NCBI RefSeq assembly: GCF_006345805.1
Contig: NC_043013.1
Span: forward strand, 16,864,001 to 16,928,000
Length of the DNA stretch: 64,000 nt
From: Octopus sinensis
Taxonomy: Eukaryota
Direction of reading: 5' to 3'
Shown: in pieces, positions 1 through 12,729 of the stretch
Layout: each line of letters opens with the position of its first letter
Numbering within the stretch: position 1 is the first letter of the stretch
Notes under the pieces: generated by a model
Told to the model about the DNA's origin: nothing
Database searches by the model: none
Seen by the model: only the letters and a program-made list of their open reading frames with translations
Program-made: the position numbers and the translations under genes

Positions 1-24
1 TTGTGAATCGAGAAGCGGTGGAGT

Positions 25-110
25 TGCTGAGAAAAGACCCGAACAAGGGGATTGTATTGACAACTTTAAGCCCGTAACTCTGCTGAATGCAGAGTTGAAA
101 ATTTTGGCCA
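25..110 (+). mobile_element. L1/Tx1-like LINE reverse-transcriptase N-terminal fragment
   Basis: Manual translation LRKDPNKG (frameshift) DCIDNFKPVTLLNAELKILA, matching the non-LTR RT entry motif N(Y/F)RPI(S/T)LLNxDxKIL. Confidence 0.6.
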
Positions 111-191
111 ATTTTTTTACACAAAGTAAATAATTTTTTAAAACAAAGTAAATAAAACACAAAATTACAAAGTAAGGATCGACTAGTCACG

Positions 192-244
192 ACTAGCTAG
201 CGCGGATGCGCGTGTGCGCACCGGGACCGCTGTTCGCTAGTAGT
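192..244. repeat. Degenerate palindromic mini-element related to the 49502-49571 hairpin
   Basis: ACTAGCTAGCG...TGCGC-GTGT-GCGCA-CCGGG...CGCTAGTAGT; shares the TGCGC-NNNN-GCGCA hairpin, CCGGG and CTAGT-type ends with 49502-49571. Confidence 0.4.
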
Positions 245-1923
245 ATCGCAAACTTTTACTTTCATCGTAAGTTAACTATAAAGTATATTAAATGGTTTTA
301 ATAGTTAATGTACCGCCATACAACAACATAAACATTAACGACTCTTTCGTTAGCGCTCAGTTTTGAACTTCAAGTCCTCCCGAATCCTTGAACCATAACA
401 AGTGCAATAAAATGTGTGCCATATTCTAGGGTTCGTTAACCATCACTTATTAGTAAGGTCTCAAATAAACAGGTGCGTGCTGTACTAATGAGTTATGCAC
501 AAAGAAAAAACAGTTATCTCCCTTAAATTTTCTGCCCGAATTCTGAAAAAATTCGTTGAGTCCATATTTCTGCGTTGGCGATTTCATTTTCTGCCAACCA
601 ATTCAGTTCTTCATTTAATGTTGTGTGTGTGTGTATACATACGTATATACGTACGTACATGCGTGTGTGCGTGTGTTATGTATATTAAAACAAATCGTTT
701 ACCGTTAGAGGATGTAACATTTCTCACACACACATTGTTTAATGAAATTGTAAAAATAAGGAGAAACCGCATTGGAAGAGAACCTCTCTGAGTCAACGAG
801 TAAGACTCTAAGCAATCGCCCAAGCTGCTATAAATAGTCACCCAAACTCTCTTAAATATCTCACTGTCTTCAAAAAGAAAAGAAACAGTGTAACCGTTTA
901 TATACTAAAGAAGGGATGGTCACAGAGTGTTTTTAACTATTAATCTGCTCAATAAGTCTACTCGGAGTTGTTTCAAAGAGAAACAATGATGACGATCAAA
1001 TAGTTATTTTTCACCCACTTCTGGGTTTACTATACTTATCTACGCCAAGCCAATCATTTTTTTTCTCTGTCTTCCTTTAAGAAATCACCCGATCACTCTA
1101 CCAAAAAAGGCTTTTTTCTTCTTTTCTTTTCGTTTCGTCAAACGACACAATATTCATGACCTCTTTCAGGGTCACCGCGAATTATAATAAGAATTTATTC
1201 TCAGACCAGAGGCTTGGTTCGAATACTTGCAAGTCAGGGTCAGGGGAAGTCAGCAAGTGTTAAATCGGGTGAGAACTGAGTGAACTCCACTAAAGGTACC
1301 CTAGGACCATATGGTGACGTTAGACTGACAGATTAAGTCTTCTCGGAGTGAATAAAGAAAAAAACTCTTCGGGGGAGTCATTGGAAGTTAAATATACGTT
1401 TGTGTGCGTTGTTGTTTAGCAAGTCTATGATCAAGGGGGTTTCAGCTATAATTGTATATCTTTATCTAAATTCTCCGTTGTGTTTCACTCACCTTTAAGA
1501 TGATAATGTGTGAAGATATTTGGCTGCTATTTTTAGCAGGTTGATTATCTCCTGCTAACACACACAATTACTTGCTCGTGTGTGTGCGTGCTTGCTTTGC
1601 GACAAATTTAGATGAAATCTAATTCCCTAACGCTAACCACTGTGCTTTGCAGCAAATATGAATTAAATCACCTCACGAAGTCTATTTATGATTGAATTTA
1701 GAGTTCTCTCCCTTATACTAAATTACCTCAAGATGGACTCTAGCTTGACTCTGTACAGCAGAACGATCTTCTTAGATTGGCGCAAATAATGATCCTATAC
1801 AGTTACAGCAGATTGCACGGTTGTAGAGAGAGAGAGAGAATATTCTTCTTATTCTTCCATTCACATCCAAGATATATTGATGATGTATGGTAAATGTTCA
1901 GTTGTTCGATCAACTAAACTACC

Positions 1924-2150
1924 TATTTCTTTATTACCCACAAGGGGCTAAACATAGAGGGGACAAACAAGGACAGACATAAGTATTAAGTCGATTACAT
2001 CGACCCCAGTGCGTAACTGGTACTTAATTTATCGACCCCGAAAGGATGAAAGGCAAAGTCGACCTCGGCGGAATTTGAACTCACAACGTAACGACAGACG
2101 AAATACGGCTACGCATTTCGCCCGGCGTGCTAACGTTTCTGCCAGCTCGC
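1924..2150 (-). mobile_element. tRNA-derived SINE (family A), full length with TSD
   Basis: Minus strand begins GGCGAGCTGGCAGAAACGTTAGC and has a B-box-like GAGTTCAAATTCC; flanked by 10-bp direct repeat CTAAACTACC (1914-1923, 2151-2160); many copies in the window. Confidence 0.85.
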
Positions 2151-2560
2151 CTAAACTACCGGGTAAATGGCAGTGTATACCAAGCATTCTACCCTTAACT
2201 CTTTGACCAAATCAATTCACACTTTCCAGAATACTAGGCTATAGAATCGAACATGTGACAGCTTAGGTGTTAAGCAAGATTCTTAACCGTTCGATCGGCC
2301 CTGAGTACGTTATAGAAACACTACACGAACTCCAGTAAAGCGGTACTTTATTTTATCAACACTATCACTACCAGAACCTTAGGTACTTTTAACGGAGTTG
2401 CTTTTAACCCACCAAAGAGACAGAATAGTAAGGGTTAAAGTTAGACTGTAGAGAGAGGAGCCAATGCTATTCCGTGTTATAAGGGTATGGGTGGAAGGTG
2501 AGATGGGAAAAGGATATGAGAAAAAGAAATGAGGGGAGAGAATCTGGAGAGGGGGAACAT

Positions 2561-2564
2561 ACAT

Positions 2565-2606
<42 letters not shown>

Positions 2607-2709
2607 ACACACACACACACAATACATACATACATACATACATACATACATACATACACACACACAACACACACACACACATACATACATACATAATACA
2701 TACATACAT

Positions 2710-2744
<35 letters not shown>

Positions 2745-2862
2745 TACATACACACACACACACATACATACATAATACATACATACATACATACATACAT
2801 ACATACATACATACATACATACATACATACATACATACATACATACATACACACACACATAC
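2561..2862. repeat. (CA)n/(CATA)n compound microsatellite
   Basis: Directly visible; source of the spurious CV/HT/YVCM ORFs. Confidence 0.97.
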
Positions 2863-2907
2863 ATACTGCATGGGAAATTTCAGTGGTATGTAGACAAATT
2901 CCACACC

Positions 2908-3009
2908 ATAAACAGTAAAATCCAGAAGATCCTGACATTAACTGGAAACTTCCACAGAAACAGTGATGTCAACAGGCTCTACCTAAGAACTTGTTAAGGA
3001 GGTGGAGGC
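2908..3009 (+). mobile_element. R4/Dong-like LINE RT C-terminal fragment
   Basis: Translation INSKIQKILTLTGNFHRNSDVNRLYLRTC*GGGG resembles the R4/Dong motif KILTMxGxFHxxSDVDRLYxxRxxGGRGL. Confidence 0.6.
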
Positions 3010-3584
3010 TTTCCCTCTCTCTCAGAAATGTACAGAATTAGTGATTTACATTAAATCTGTAACCAACAACGATTCCACTACAACTCTATTAAACTAGAGT
3101 GGGAGGAGAGACACAGACAATCAAGCAGAGAAACTGTTTAGTTTTGGTAGAACTCTGGCGTTTTTCCCAACATACTGTTGCTTCAGTATGATTCATTGAA
3201 GAAATGTTTAATTGGAGTAATGAAGAGAAGTTAATTAAGGAAATAAATTCCAGTAGTAGATAACATTGTGGAACATAGGTGGCCAATTGGATGTCAAACA
3301 ATCATTTACAGAATTGGCATTTTATGTCCTGTCCCTTGTATTATGTCTACAGTCAACATACTTCATTGTCAAAAGTCCAGGCTACTCAGCTGCATGTAGA
3401 TACCACAGTGTAATACACTGGACTGTACTGTAATGAGCAAGACATTTAGCTGTCAGCAGTATAGTGTACCTAAGTAGGTACCACAATGTAATATTCTACA
3501 TGAACAAGAGACTTCATCATGAAGAGTCCAGTCTATCTAGCTGTAAGTAGGCACCATACTGTGGTACAGTTCACTATATTGTGT

Positions 3585-4905
3585 CCATGATCAAGGCATT
3601 TAACTGTCAACAAGAAGGCCTACCAAATGATCTGAAGGACCATTGTTATGATGTCCTTCTACAGGCTACATCAAAGACGAGTGGGAATGACTTCATCTTT
3701 GCGGCTGGAGATTTTAATGGGCATGTTGGGCGACAATCCGGTATCTTCACTGGTGTACACAAGGACCATGGTATTAGTTCCCAAAACGATGAGTTCTGTG
3801 ATGCCAGGAAAAGCCCTGGGCCCATCAGGAATCACTACTGAGATGCTTAAAAGATCTGGTGGTGTGGGCTATGGCCTAGTCACCTGTACTGTAAACCAGG
3901 TAGTTCATGATGAAGTCATACCTAATGACTGGCGTAGCAGTACCATAGTCAACTGCTACAAGGGTAAAGGTGATGCTTTAGTTAGAAATAAGTACAGGAG
4001 TATCAAACTGCTGAATCAGGTGATGAAGGTCACAGAAAGGGTCATAGCCCAACTAATTAGGGAAAGAGTTTGCTTAGATGAGATGCAGTTTGGTTTTGTG
4101 CCAGGTAGAAGCACCACTGATGCTATATTCCTGGTACGGCAGCTGCAGGAGAAATACCTAGCCAAAGATAAAACCCTATACTTGGCTTCTGTGGGCTTGG
4201 AGAAAGCCTTTGACAGGGTCTCCCAATCCCTTATCTGGTGGGCAATGTGGAAACTGGGAATTGGCAAATGGTTAATAAGGGCTGTACAGGCCTTATACAG
4301 AGATGGCGTTAGTAAGGTTAGGGTTAGCAATGAGTATAGTGAAGAATTCTGAGTAGAGGTAGGGGTCCACAGAGACAATGACAAGAGACCTCTGGAGATA
4401 TGCTGTGACTGAGAAAACCTGGAAAATAAAATGAGTTCACGGCTGTAACCTACACCAGCATCGCATAATCAGCCCACTCAATAGTACCTTGGATCGTTAG
4501 GCGACATGCTGTGCTTGGGAAGACCTATTGAGTCAAGTGCATCAAAATCAAATCAAATCATATTCAAATGGAAACTGTAATTGTGATCCCTGTGCCGGTG
4601 GCACATAAAAAATACCACCCAAATGTGACCAATGCCAGTGCTGCCCTGACTGGCTTCTATACCAGTGGCACATAAAAAGCATCATCCAATCGTGATCAAT
4701 GCCAGCCCTCTCTCACCCCTGTGCTGGTGGCATGTAAAAAACACCCACTAAACTCAGAGTGGTCAGTGTTAGGAAGGGCATCCAGCTGTAGAAACACTGC
4801 CAGATCAGACTGGGGCCTGGTGTAGCTTCCTGGCTTCCCAGACCCCAGGTGAATTGTCCAACCCACGCTAGCATGAAAAACGGATGTTAAACGATGATGA
4901 TGACG
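3585..4905 (+). mobile_element. RTE-clade LINE, internally deleted (EN fragment joined to RT fragment, 3'UTR and (GAT)n tail)
   Basis: EN motif YDVLLQATSK...AGDFNGHVG (ORF 3581-3841); RT motifs GKALGPSG, YRSIKLL, QFGFVPGRSTTDAIF, LEKAFDRV (ORF 3648-4352); 3' end AGGAAGGGCATCCAGC...GATGTTAAACGATGATGATG shared with 8630-9112. Confidence 0.88.
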
Positions 4906-4928
4906 ATATATATATACATACATACATA

Positions 4929-5510
4929 CAGGATGTTGCAAAAGTCACTGATGGGATTCTATTTTTAATAACTTTCTTAACTTTACAAATAAATGCATGA
5001 AATTTTGATCAATATAAGAGACATAATGGAAATTAATATGCGCAAGTCAAATCTTGCAACACTACTGCATTACATATGAAAAATGATATCGTTTAAATGG
5101 CAGTCATTTTCAGCTTCGCACACCCATGCTCTTTCCAAAACTTGCACCATGACACCCTCAAGAGTTTCAGACCCCACTTCTCTGATTTCTCTATTAATGT
5201 TCTCCTCCAGTCACACCTGGGTCTCTGGTTTGTTGACATAAAGCAGAGACCTCTCTTTCAGATATCACCATAAGAAACAATCTGGGCTAGTCAAGTCTGG
5301 GGAATGTGAAGGCCATTCAAAGCAGACCTCACACATGGTTCCAGCAAGATGGGGCAGCTGCTCATACTGCAAGAGAAACAATGCAGTTGCTATGGCAGCG
5401 CTTTGGAGAGAGAATGACCTCCCACTACAGCAATGTCAACTGGCCTTCGAGTTCCCCAGACTTGACTAGCCCGGATATATCCTTTGGTGTTATGTCGTGC
5501 TTGAAAAGAC
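4929..5510. mobile_element. Tc1/mariner-superfamily transposase remnant with internal inversion
   Basis: Plus 5306-5476: WFQQDGAAAHT...WPSSSPDLTSPD. Minus 5303 to ~5070: SPDLTSPDCFLW*YLKER...VNKPET...LNDIIFHM*. TA-CAGG TIR-like end near 4929. Confidence 0.8.
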
Positions 5511-5539
5511 CCATCAAGCCATGCAAAATCACAGTCTTG

Positions 5540-5738
<199 letters not shown>

Positions 5739-6264
5739 CACAAACACATATTTATAATTATGTAAACATTTCTGCCTGTGTATGTATACATGTGGTTGCA
5801 TATGTGTAAGCAAGCTTGTGTATATATGAATGCATGTATGTGAGATGCGGGTGTGTGTGTGTGTGTGTGTGTGTGTGCATATATGTGAGCGTGTATACAT
5901 ATGTAATGTGTGAGTGTATGTATATGTTTTATTAGGTCAGTAGTTATACTAATGAAGTCAATTAGTTGTGATTCCATTGAATTGATTAAAAGTGAGAGGT
6001 CAACAGCACTAACTCTGGACTACAGCCAATGAACAAATTTCTTTTATACTGACCAAATACTCTCTCTCTCTCTCTCTGTCACTTGTTTATTCTTGATATG
6101 TGTGTGTGTGTGTGTGTGTTGTGTGTGTTAGTCGATAAAGATAGTATATATATATACAGTACATAAATTTACATGCACCTAGGTAGTACAATTTTAGCTC
6201 ATTAAAAATAGATATATGATGATTAGGAGTGCATAAGGACTCGTGTGTGTGTGTGTTTATATGT

Positions 6265-6520
6265 GTTTGTATAAGTATGTGTGTGTGCGTATATATATGT
6301 TTGCATGTATATATATATATATGTGTATATATATATATACACACACACATATATAAATGCATATATATATATATATATATATATAAATGCATATATATAT
6401 ATATATATATATAAATGCATATATATATATATATATATATATATAAATGCATATATATATATATACATACGCATATATATAAATGTATGTATGCATGTGT
6501 GTATACACATGCACACACAC
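6265..6520. repeat. (AT)n/(GT)n microsatellite with higher-order ATAAATGC(AT)n units
   Basis: ATAAATGC(AT)n recurs four times between 6352 and ~6465. Confidence 0.9.
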
Positions 6521-6619
6521 ATGACAGAAGTAAATAGAAAACCTTATAATCATTAAAATTTATTTAAATCTGAAATTATACATTCAAATTATTTATTAAT
6601 TGTTATAATGTGAATATTT

Positions 6620-7225
6620 AATATTTAGTGGACATGCCCTCTGCATTTTTCAATGCAAAGATCCTATTAGGAATATTATTGGTCAGATGACGAATATTCT
6701 CTTGCGGAATTTCTTGCCAAGTTTCATGCAGTCATCTCAAAAGATCTGGCTTTGAAGATGCTTTATTGTCCTTTTTATGAAGTGTCCTGCCCATTATGTC
6801 CCAGAAGTGTTCAATAGGTCTCATATCTGATGACTGGTTTGGCCATGGAAGCTTTTTAATGCCTTCTCATCCAACAAATCTTGAGTCATTTTAGCCGTGT
6901 GACAAGGAGACCCATCTTCCGAAAATAAAGAGTCTTCTTTAATCATTTCACCACTGGAGAAGATTTGAAGGAGTCCTTTCTGCAATATGGACACGTATTT
7001 ATCTGAGCTTATGTTTCCTTCATCAACCATTGCTCCAAATTGCTCCCCAGACCATCACGGAATAGCTACCATGTTTCATTGTTGGCTTTAATCTTTTCAC
7101 ATCAAATTCTTGATCACAGAGTTTCCAGTCCCACGCTTGTCCACTGTCAAGAAATACAGCAAGTCTAGACTCGTCAGAGAATATCACAGTGTCCCAAAAT
7201 GATTGTGGCCTCTCCACCATCCCAC
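6620..7225 (-). mobile_element. Tc1-like transposase remnant (catalytic domain to C-terminus)
   Basis: VIFSDES, KPTMKHGSYSVMVWGAI, FSEDGSPCHTAK, then WPGQSSDMRPIEHFW...KNAEGMSTKY across frameshifts. Confidence 0.88.
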
Positions 7226-7299
7226 TGGCCCAATCTTTTCACCACTTGATGTTGGCTGGTCAAAGGAGTGAGGCCCATCATCATTATTATTTATCATGC

Positions 7300-7507
7300 A
7301 GGTGATGAGCTGGCAGAATTGTTACATGCTGGATACAGTGCTCAACAGCATTTTGTTTGTCTTTACATTCTGACTTCAAATTCCACCAAGGTCATCTTAG
7401 CCTTTTATCCTTTTGGGATCAATGAAATAAACACCAGTCAAATATTGGGGTCATTGTAATCAACTAGCCCCTTCCCCAAAAATTTCAGTCCTTGAGCCTA
7501 TACTAGA

Positions 7508-7558
<51 letters not shown>

Positions 7559-7585
7559 CAGCAGCAGCAGCAGCAGCGCAGCAGC

Positions 7586-7629
<44 letters not shown>

Positions 7630-7652
7630 CAGCAGCAGCTGCTGCAGTAGTA

Positions 7653-7703
<51 letters not shown>

Positions 7704-8150
7704 TGGTGGTGAGGCTGGCAGAATCATTAGCACACCAAACAAGCAAAATGCTTAAATGGCATTTTATCCATCCCAATGTCTGAGTTCAAATTTAGGTGAG
7801 GTTAACTTTGCCTTTCATCCTTTTGTGGGGGTCAATAAAATTAGGCTCAGCCAGTTACTGGGGTCATTGAAATCAGCTTGCCCCTTCCATCAAAACTGCT
7901 GGCTGTATGTATGCCAAAATTAGAAGAATTTAAGGCAATGAGCTCTGTAGAGTCTTTAGAGTATCAGAAAAAAATGTTTTGTGGCATTTGTTTCGGCTCT
8001 TTATGTTCTGAGTTCAAATTGTGATGAGGTCAACTTTACTTTTCATCCTTTCAGAGTTAATAAAATAACAGTCAAGTGCTGAGACCAATGAAATCAACTA
8101 AACCCCTTCCAATAAATCTGTTGGTTTTGTGCCAAAATTTGAAACCATTA
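7300..8150 (+). mobile_element. Cluster of three degenerate family-A SINEs separated by (TAG)n/(CAG)n microsatellite
   Basis: Repeated GAGCTGGCAGAAT...GTTCAAAT...CCTTTCATCCTTT...GGGGTC blocks starting near 7305, 7712 and 7965. Confidence 0.75.
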
Positions 8151-8172
8151 TTATTATTATTATTATTATTAT

Positions 8173-8628
8173 TGAGTGAGAGAGCAGTTCATGCCATCAA
8201 AGTGACACTGGGGTAAAATATACGAAGCCCAGTATATCCATCATGACGACCAGTCTGATAAGGGTACACCAGGCACATGCATCACAACCATATGTGCGGA
8301 ACATGGTGATCTGATATCAAGATAAACAGCACATGACCTTGCAGGTGGGGCCCACTTAGAATTTTCTTCAGGTCGAGTAACCCATCCTGCTCAAAAGGTC
8401 CCTGAATAAGGGTTGTTTAAGGATGTTGAATGAAACACCCATGTTTCCAGAGGTGAATTATTCAAACCCCAAAGAATCCCTCGCAACACATGGCTATGAT
8501 GCTCCCCCACTACTTCTGCTCGTGATCAGAGATGCACATATCGTCAGCCACTAAGGGACATGCTCAACTGGTGATGGTCAAACAACTGACAAGCAAATCT
8601 GTGGTATTGAGCAGAATATTTGCTGTTA
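8173..8628 (+). repeat. Interspersed ~550-bp non-coding repeat (family D), 3'-truncated by an RTE 3' end
   Basis: High similarity to 40950-41412, 42053-42520 and reverse-complement 59338-59880; preceded by (TAT)n. Confidence 0.85.
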
Positions 8629-8629
8629 T

Positions 8630-9112
8630 CAAAATAGATGAACATCAATGGAATTTGTATCCTTGTGGTACCAGTGCCGGTGGCACATAAGAAAACCATC
8701 CGAACGTGACCGTAGCCAGTACCGCAACGACTGGCCTCCGTGCTGAGGGCACGTAACAAACACCATCCGAGCGTGGCCGTCCGCCAGCCTCGTCTGGCAC
8801 CTGTGTCGGTGACACATAAGAAAACACCATCCGAGCGTGGCCGTCAGCCAGCCTCGTCTGGCACCTGTGTCGGTGGCACATAAAAAACACCATCCGAGCA
8901 TGGCCGTCTGCCAGCCTCGTCTGGCACCTGTGTCGGTGGCACATAAAATCACCCACTACACTCTCGGAGTGGTTGGCGTTAGGAAGGGCATCCAGCTGTA
9001 GAAACACTGCCAGATCTGACTGGCCTGGTGCGGCCTTCGGGCTTGCCAGACCCCAGTTGAACCGTCCAACCCATGCTAGCATGGAAAGCGGATGTTAAAC
9101 GATGATGATGAT
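8630..9112 (+). mobile_element. RTE-LINE 3'UTR (or derived SINE) with ~63-bp internal tandem units and (GAT)n tail
   Basis: Units containing ACCATCCGA start at 8695, 8762, 8826 and 8889; same tail as 4740-4905 and 37315-37475. Confidence 0.8.
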
Positions 9113-9714
9113 CATCATTATTATTATTATTAAGGTGGTAAGCTGGCAGAATGTTCTGAGTTCAAATTCTGCCAAGGTTGACATTGCCTTTCATCCCTTT
9201 TGGGGTCAATAAAATAAGCACCAGTCGAACACTGGGGTTAATGTAATCAACTTAGCCCTGCCCCCAAAATTACTGACCTTGTGCCAACATCTTGAATCAT
9301 TACCCTACTCCCCCAGTAGTGTCACCCACACTACTGCAACACAAATACTGTAATATGTTACTTCGCTCCAAAGAAAATATGACTAAACATGACCATTCAG
9401 TACTCAGATTATTGCTTAGTTAATTAATTAGTCAACTAACTATATATAACAAATTAACTACTCCATTCTTATTTATTTATTTAACTTTTTTAATTTGATT
9501 AATTGTATTTATATTAACATCACTTGTACTAATGTTGTATAGCAACCACACCCAGTAGTTCCACCAAGTGCAATATGAATGATGGGAGATTAAATGTGAA
9601 GACAACTGTTATAGCATGTCTATAGGCAAGCACTCTTTAGAACCATTTTTTCAAATGCAGAACGCTGCAGTTCCCCCACCTCATGTTATCTCCTGCCTCC
9701 CCATACATTCCCTC

Positions 9715-10400
9715 GGAGTTGCCACTGTCAATGTAAGCACATTGAAAGGAAGGTCTGGCGAGATTGTTGAGATGCTTGAATGGAGACGTGTTGACGTGTG
9801 CTGCTTTCAAGAAGTAAGGTGGCAGGAATCTTCAGCCAAGTTCCTCACAGGCAAGAGGCATAGGTATAAACTCTTCTGGGAGGGCAACGGTGATGGGGAA
9901 GAAGGTCTAGGCATACTTCTTGCAGAAAAATGGGTCAATAAAGTGACTAAGGTAGATGGAGTATGTGATAGAGTACACAAGCTTAGGCTAGTTTTACAGA
10001 GCTGCACAGCAACAATCATTTCTGCCTATGCCCCACATCCGGGTCTACTAAATAAACAAAAGGACCCCTTTTATGACATTCTTCTGCAGGCTACCTCAAA
10101 GATGAATTACAGTGACCTTATCTTCGTGGTTGGTGATTTCAACAGACATGTTGGGCAGCACCCAGGTGTCTTCCATGGGGTACATAGGAGCCATGGAATT
10201 GGCTCCCGAAATGAAGAGGGAACAAGGTTGCTGGAGTTCTGTTATGCGAACGACCTAATGATCTGCAACACCAACTTCAGGAAACCAGCCAGTCATAAAC
10301 CTGGTGACTACATCAGCCAGGTTAACTACATTCTCACCAGAAAGAGTAATCCATGATTGCTCATAAATGCAAACACTTTCCCAAGTGAAATATGTACTCC
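9715..10400 (+). mobile_element. RTE-clade LINE apurinic-type endonuclease domain
   Basis: ORF 9616-10356: ATVNVSTLKG, DVCCFQEVRW, ISAYAP, GDFNRHVG, CNTNFRK, NYIL. Confidence 0.9.
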
Positions 10401-10790
10401 TCAACATAGTTTCAGGTTCAGTCCCACTGTGTGTCACCTTGGGCAAGTGTCTTCTACTATAGCCTCAGGCCGACCAAAGCCTTGTGAGTGGATATGGTAG
10501 ATGGAAACTGAAAGAAGTCCGTCGTGTGTGTGTGCATGCGTGCGTGTGTGTGTGTGTGTGCATGTGTGTGTGGTGTGTGTGTCTGTATTTGTCCCCCACC
10601 ATCACTTGACAACCAATGCTGGTGTGTTTACATCCCCATAACTTAGTGGTTCAGCAAAACAGACCAATAAAATAAATACTAGGCATACAAAGAATAAGTC
10701 GTGGAGTCAATTTGTTCGACTAAAGGTGGTGCTCCAGCATGGCTGAAGTCATATGACTGAAACAAATAAAAGAATAAAAGAGTGTAACAA
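10400..10790 (+). mobile_element. tRNA-derived SINE (family B), 5'-truncated
   Basis: GGTTCAGTCCCACTG...CACCTTGGGCAAGTGTCTTCTACTATAGC...(GT)n...CCAGCATGGC...GACTGAAAC; more than ten copies in the window. Confidence 0.85.
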
Positions 10791-11469
10791 AAGAGAGTGC
10801 ACCTACATCTACTACATTATCAAATATATGTTTCTTTCTTCTTTCTTTCTTTGAAGATGGCAGCTTATAATTTGAGGAAGATTTTGCTGCTACTTTTACC
10901 ATATAGAGCAACCATGTAGAAGCTCCCTCATTAGTTCACACATATGCAGATTGCATGCAAAACTTTGACATCCCCACCTTTCCTTTCTGCAACTCCTACA
11001 TGCAGAACCCCCTACTCTCAGAGTTATCACCCCACCTAAAACCAGTGCAATTTACCGGCATCCAGTCCTACCGCCTCAGGATTTCATCCACATATTCCCT
11101 CCACATTTCCAACTGTTCCTCCCAGGAACTATCACTCCCTTGGAATTCCTTCAACATACTTTTATGCTCAATCCTCCTAACCCTTAACTGTCTCACTTCC
11201 TAGCTTCCCTATGACTTGAAGCTCAATCCTTCTTCCCCAGCACTCGCTCACTCCCATTGGCGCCCCTGCTGACCCTGCTCACAACGTATTCTGCCAAACG
11301 TCAATATAACAGCATCAAAGAGAAATGAAATTCCTCAGCTTCCACAGAAAATGTAGAAAATGCATTTTTATCTCATCACTGATCTTCGTTTTTTATATAT
11401 TTGCTTATCTGTTTATGGTTTTATTTCTTTTTTTCATGTCTGATGCTTACTTTATTCAGACGTTATCAT

Positions 11470-11631
11470 AATCATGCTCATCATCACCACCACCACCACC
11501 ATCATCATCATCACCACCACCACCATCATCGTCGTCATCATCATCACCGTCGTCATCATCATCATCATCATCACCACCACCCACCACCACCACCACCACC
11601 ACCATCACCACCACCACCATCATCATCATCA

Positions 11632-11665
<34 letters not shown>

Positions 11666-12050
11666 TCATCTTCATCATCATCACCACCACCACCACCACC
11701 ACCATCACCACCACCACCATCATCACTATCATCATCAACCCAACCATCACCATTATCCTCACCACTGTCACTGATGCTGTTGCCTTCTCTACCACCACCA
11801 CCACCACCACCATCACTAACATAGCAATCATCATCGTCATCATCACACTTACCACTATCACCATCAACATCATCATCCTCATCATCATCATCATCATCAT
11901 CATCACCATTGTCATCAGTAGCAGCACCACCACAACCACCACCACTGCAATCATCATCATAAGCATTTAAATCCCTTGCGATCATCATCTCTGTCATTAT
12001 CCTTATAACCCTCACCATCATCATCATCATCATCATCAACATGATCACTT
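11470..12050. repeat. (CAT)n/(CAC)n trinucleotide microsatellite field
   Basis: Directly visible; gives poly-H/I/T ORFs. Confidence 0.95.
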
Positions 12051-12332
12051 TGATTAACATCTGTTGATACATATCCTATCCTCTCAGAACAACAATCACC
12101 ATAGCAACAGTAAACCTGATGTACCAGGACATGTGTGTGTAAATGTATGTTTACACGAATTGTGTTTGTGTGTGTGTGTTTGTGTGTTTCTGAGTGTGCA
12201 TGCATATGTTTAAGTGTCAGAGACTGTTAGTATGTGTGTGCATGTCTGTGTTTGTGTGCTTGTGTGTCTGGATGTTTGTGTATCTGTATCTCTCTCTCTC
12301 TCTCTCTCTCTCGCTTTATATATATATATGTA

Positions 12333-12407
<75 letters not shown>

Positions 12408-12729
12408 TATACACACATATATATGTGTGTGTGTGTGTGTGTATGTGTATGTATGTATGTGTGCGTGAGCATGTATATGAGTGTGTGTCAGTAGTTGTGC
12501 ACGTGCGCATGCGCACACACACACACACATATCTGTGTATCAGTGCCATGTATCAGAGGTGGTTTCACATACTAGTGTAGCTCATTCAACGGTGGTGCCC
12601 CAGCATGGCCGCAGCCTTCGGGCTGAAACAATTTTAAGGATTTATATATATATATATCAATTTGCATAAAATCAATTTGCATAAAAAGAAAAGAAAATAC
12701 AGTATCTCATTAAAAAATAAAGGTATTTT

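Noticed and set aside
1125-1175. Minus-strand CTGAAAGAG...GACGAAACG hammerhead-like string
   Set aside because: Extra base in the core, and no stem I or III.
10930-11300. C-rich 82-aa ORF, possibly a retroelement N-terminus
   Set aside because: No diagnostic motif.
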